A stretch of DNA of 32,000 bases from Rhodobacter capsulatus SB 1003 (GTDB lineage Bacteria > Pseudomonadota > Alphaproteobacteria > Rhodobacterales > Rhodobacteraceae): NCBI RefSeq assembly GCF_000021865.1, contig NC_014034.1:1050001-1082000 (forward strand). Direction: 5' to 3'. A model generated the notes under the pieces. It ran no database searches, was not told where the DNA came from, and was given only the letters and a program-made list of their open reading frames with translations. Numbering within the stretch: the stretch's first letter is position 1; the number at the start of each line of letters is the position of its first letter. Shown here piece by piece: positions 31,943 to 32,000 of the stretch. The translations under genes and the position numbers were made by a program.

Positions 31943-32000
31943 TTCAGCCCCGCATGCGCTTTGAGGATCGCGACCTCGATGTCGTCGGCCCCGAAGTTCG
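31939..32000 (-). CDS. 3' end of an upstream early-region gene (partial, product unknown)
   Basis: The frame reads ...NFGADDIEVAILKAHAGLK with high GC3. The stop TGA 31941-31939 makes an ATGA overlap with the GemA start. Confidence 0.4.
   Translation of the reverse strand, partial: NFGADDIEVAILKAHAGLK

Larger units (their letters stand above)
4961..32000 (-). mobile_element. Mu-like transposable siphovirus prophage: late region plus the end of the early region. It continues beyond the right edge of the window. The left boundary is inferred.
   Basis: Gene order is colinear with Mu-type phages: GemA, Mor/C, lysis, DUF1804 TerS, TerL, DUF935 portal, MuF, gpG, gpI-like protease, capsid, DUF1320. 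A lambda-like tail module (H-M-L-K-I/J order) follows. All genes are on the minus strand. Confidence 0.8.

Noticed and set aside
1-32000. Looked for CRISPR arrays, rRNA, intact tRNAs, integrase genes and a retron-type RT/ncRNA next to the ATPase-HNH pair
   Set aside because: No regularly spaced repeats, rRNA-like segments, reverse transcriptase or recombinase ORFs were seen by eye in this window. The only tandem repeats are the short ones reported above.

Overview
High-GC alphaproteobacterial (Rhodobacterales-like) DNA in three parts. All family assignments come from motifs I recognised by eye; no searches were run.

(1) 1-3003 is the distal end of a visibly lower-GC defence island. The tail of a type I R-M HsdS-like ORF is translationally coupled to an ABC/AAA ATPase and a cysteine-less HNH protein, a Septu PtuA/PtuB-like or restriction-linked pair.

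(2) 3004-4960 is a junction and junkyard. It holds a 3' half of an initiator tRNA-Met plus a terminator, which looks like the att remnant marking the island end. Next comes a frameshifted IS3-family transposase remnant interrupted by an IS110-family element. The 3' end of the IS110 transposase gene appears to be cut at about 4961.

(3) About 4961 to 32000 is a Mu-like transposable siphovirus prophage that runs off the right edge. All its genes are on the minus strand and most are coupled by ATGA or TGATG stop-start overlaps. Reading right to left:
- Early/regulatory genes: GemA, a DUF2786 protein, and a Mor/C-family activator.
- Lysis genes: GH24 endolysin, 3TM holin and a small membrane protein.
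- Packaging genes: DUF1804 small terminase and large terminase, three small accessory ORFs, DUF935 portal, MuF and gpG.
- Head genes: gpI-like protease/scaffold, DUF2190 protein, major capsid, an Acb2-like small protein, DUF1320 and a neck protein.
- A lambda-like tail module: tube, G/GT chaperones, tape measure, M-, L- and K-like proteins, and a fused I-J host-specificity protein.
- Receptor-binding genes: an SGNH-esterase fibre and an RcGTA GhsA/GhsB-like spike pair.

Points most worth follow-up:
- The restriction-linked ATPase-HNH cassette.
- A putative Acb2-type cyclic-nucleotide sponge moron.
- A 28-nt palindromic element repeated at the positions of Mu P-lys and P-I.
- An A9 run at the portal stop that opens the MuF frame in -1.
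- A tail-chaperone GGGAAAC frameshift site followed by a second frame break.
- The nested IS3 / IS110 / Mu-like insertion with candidate 22-bp transposase sites.
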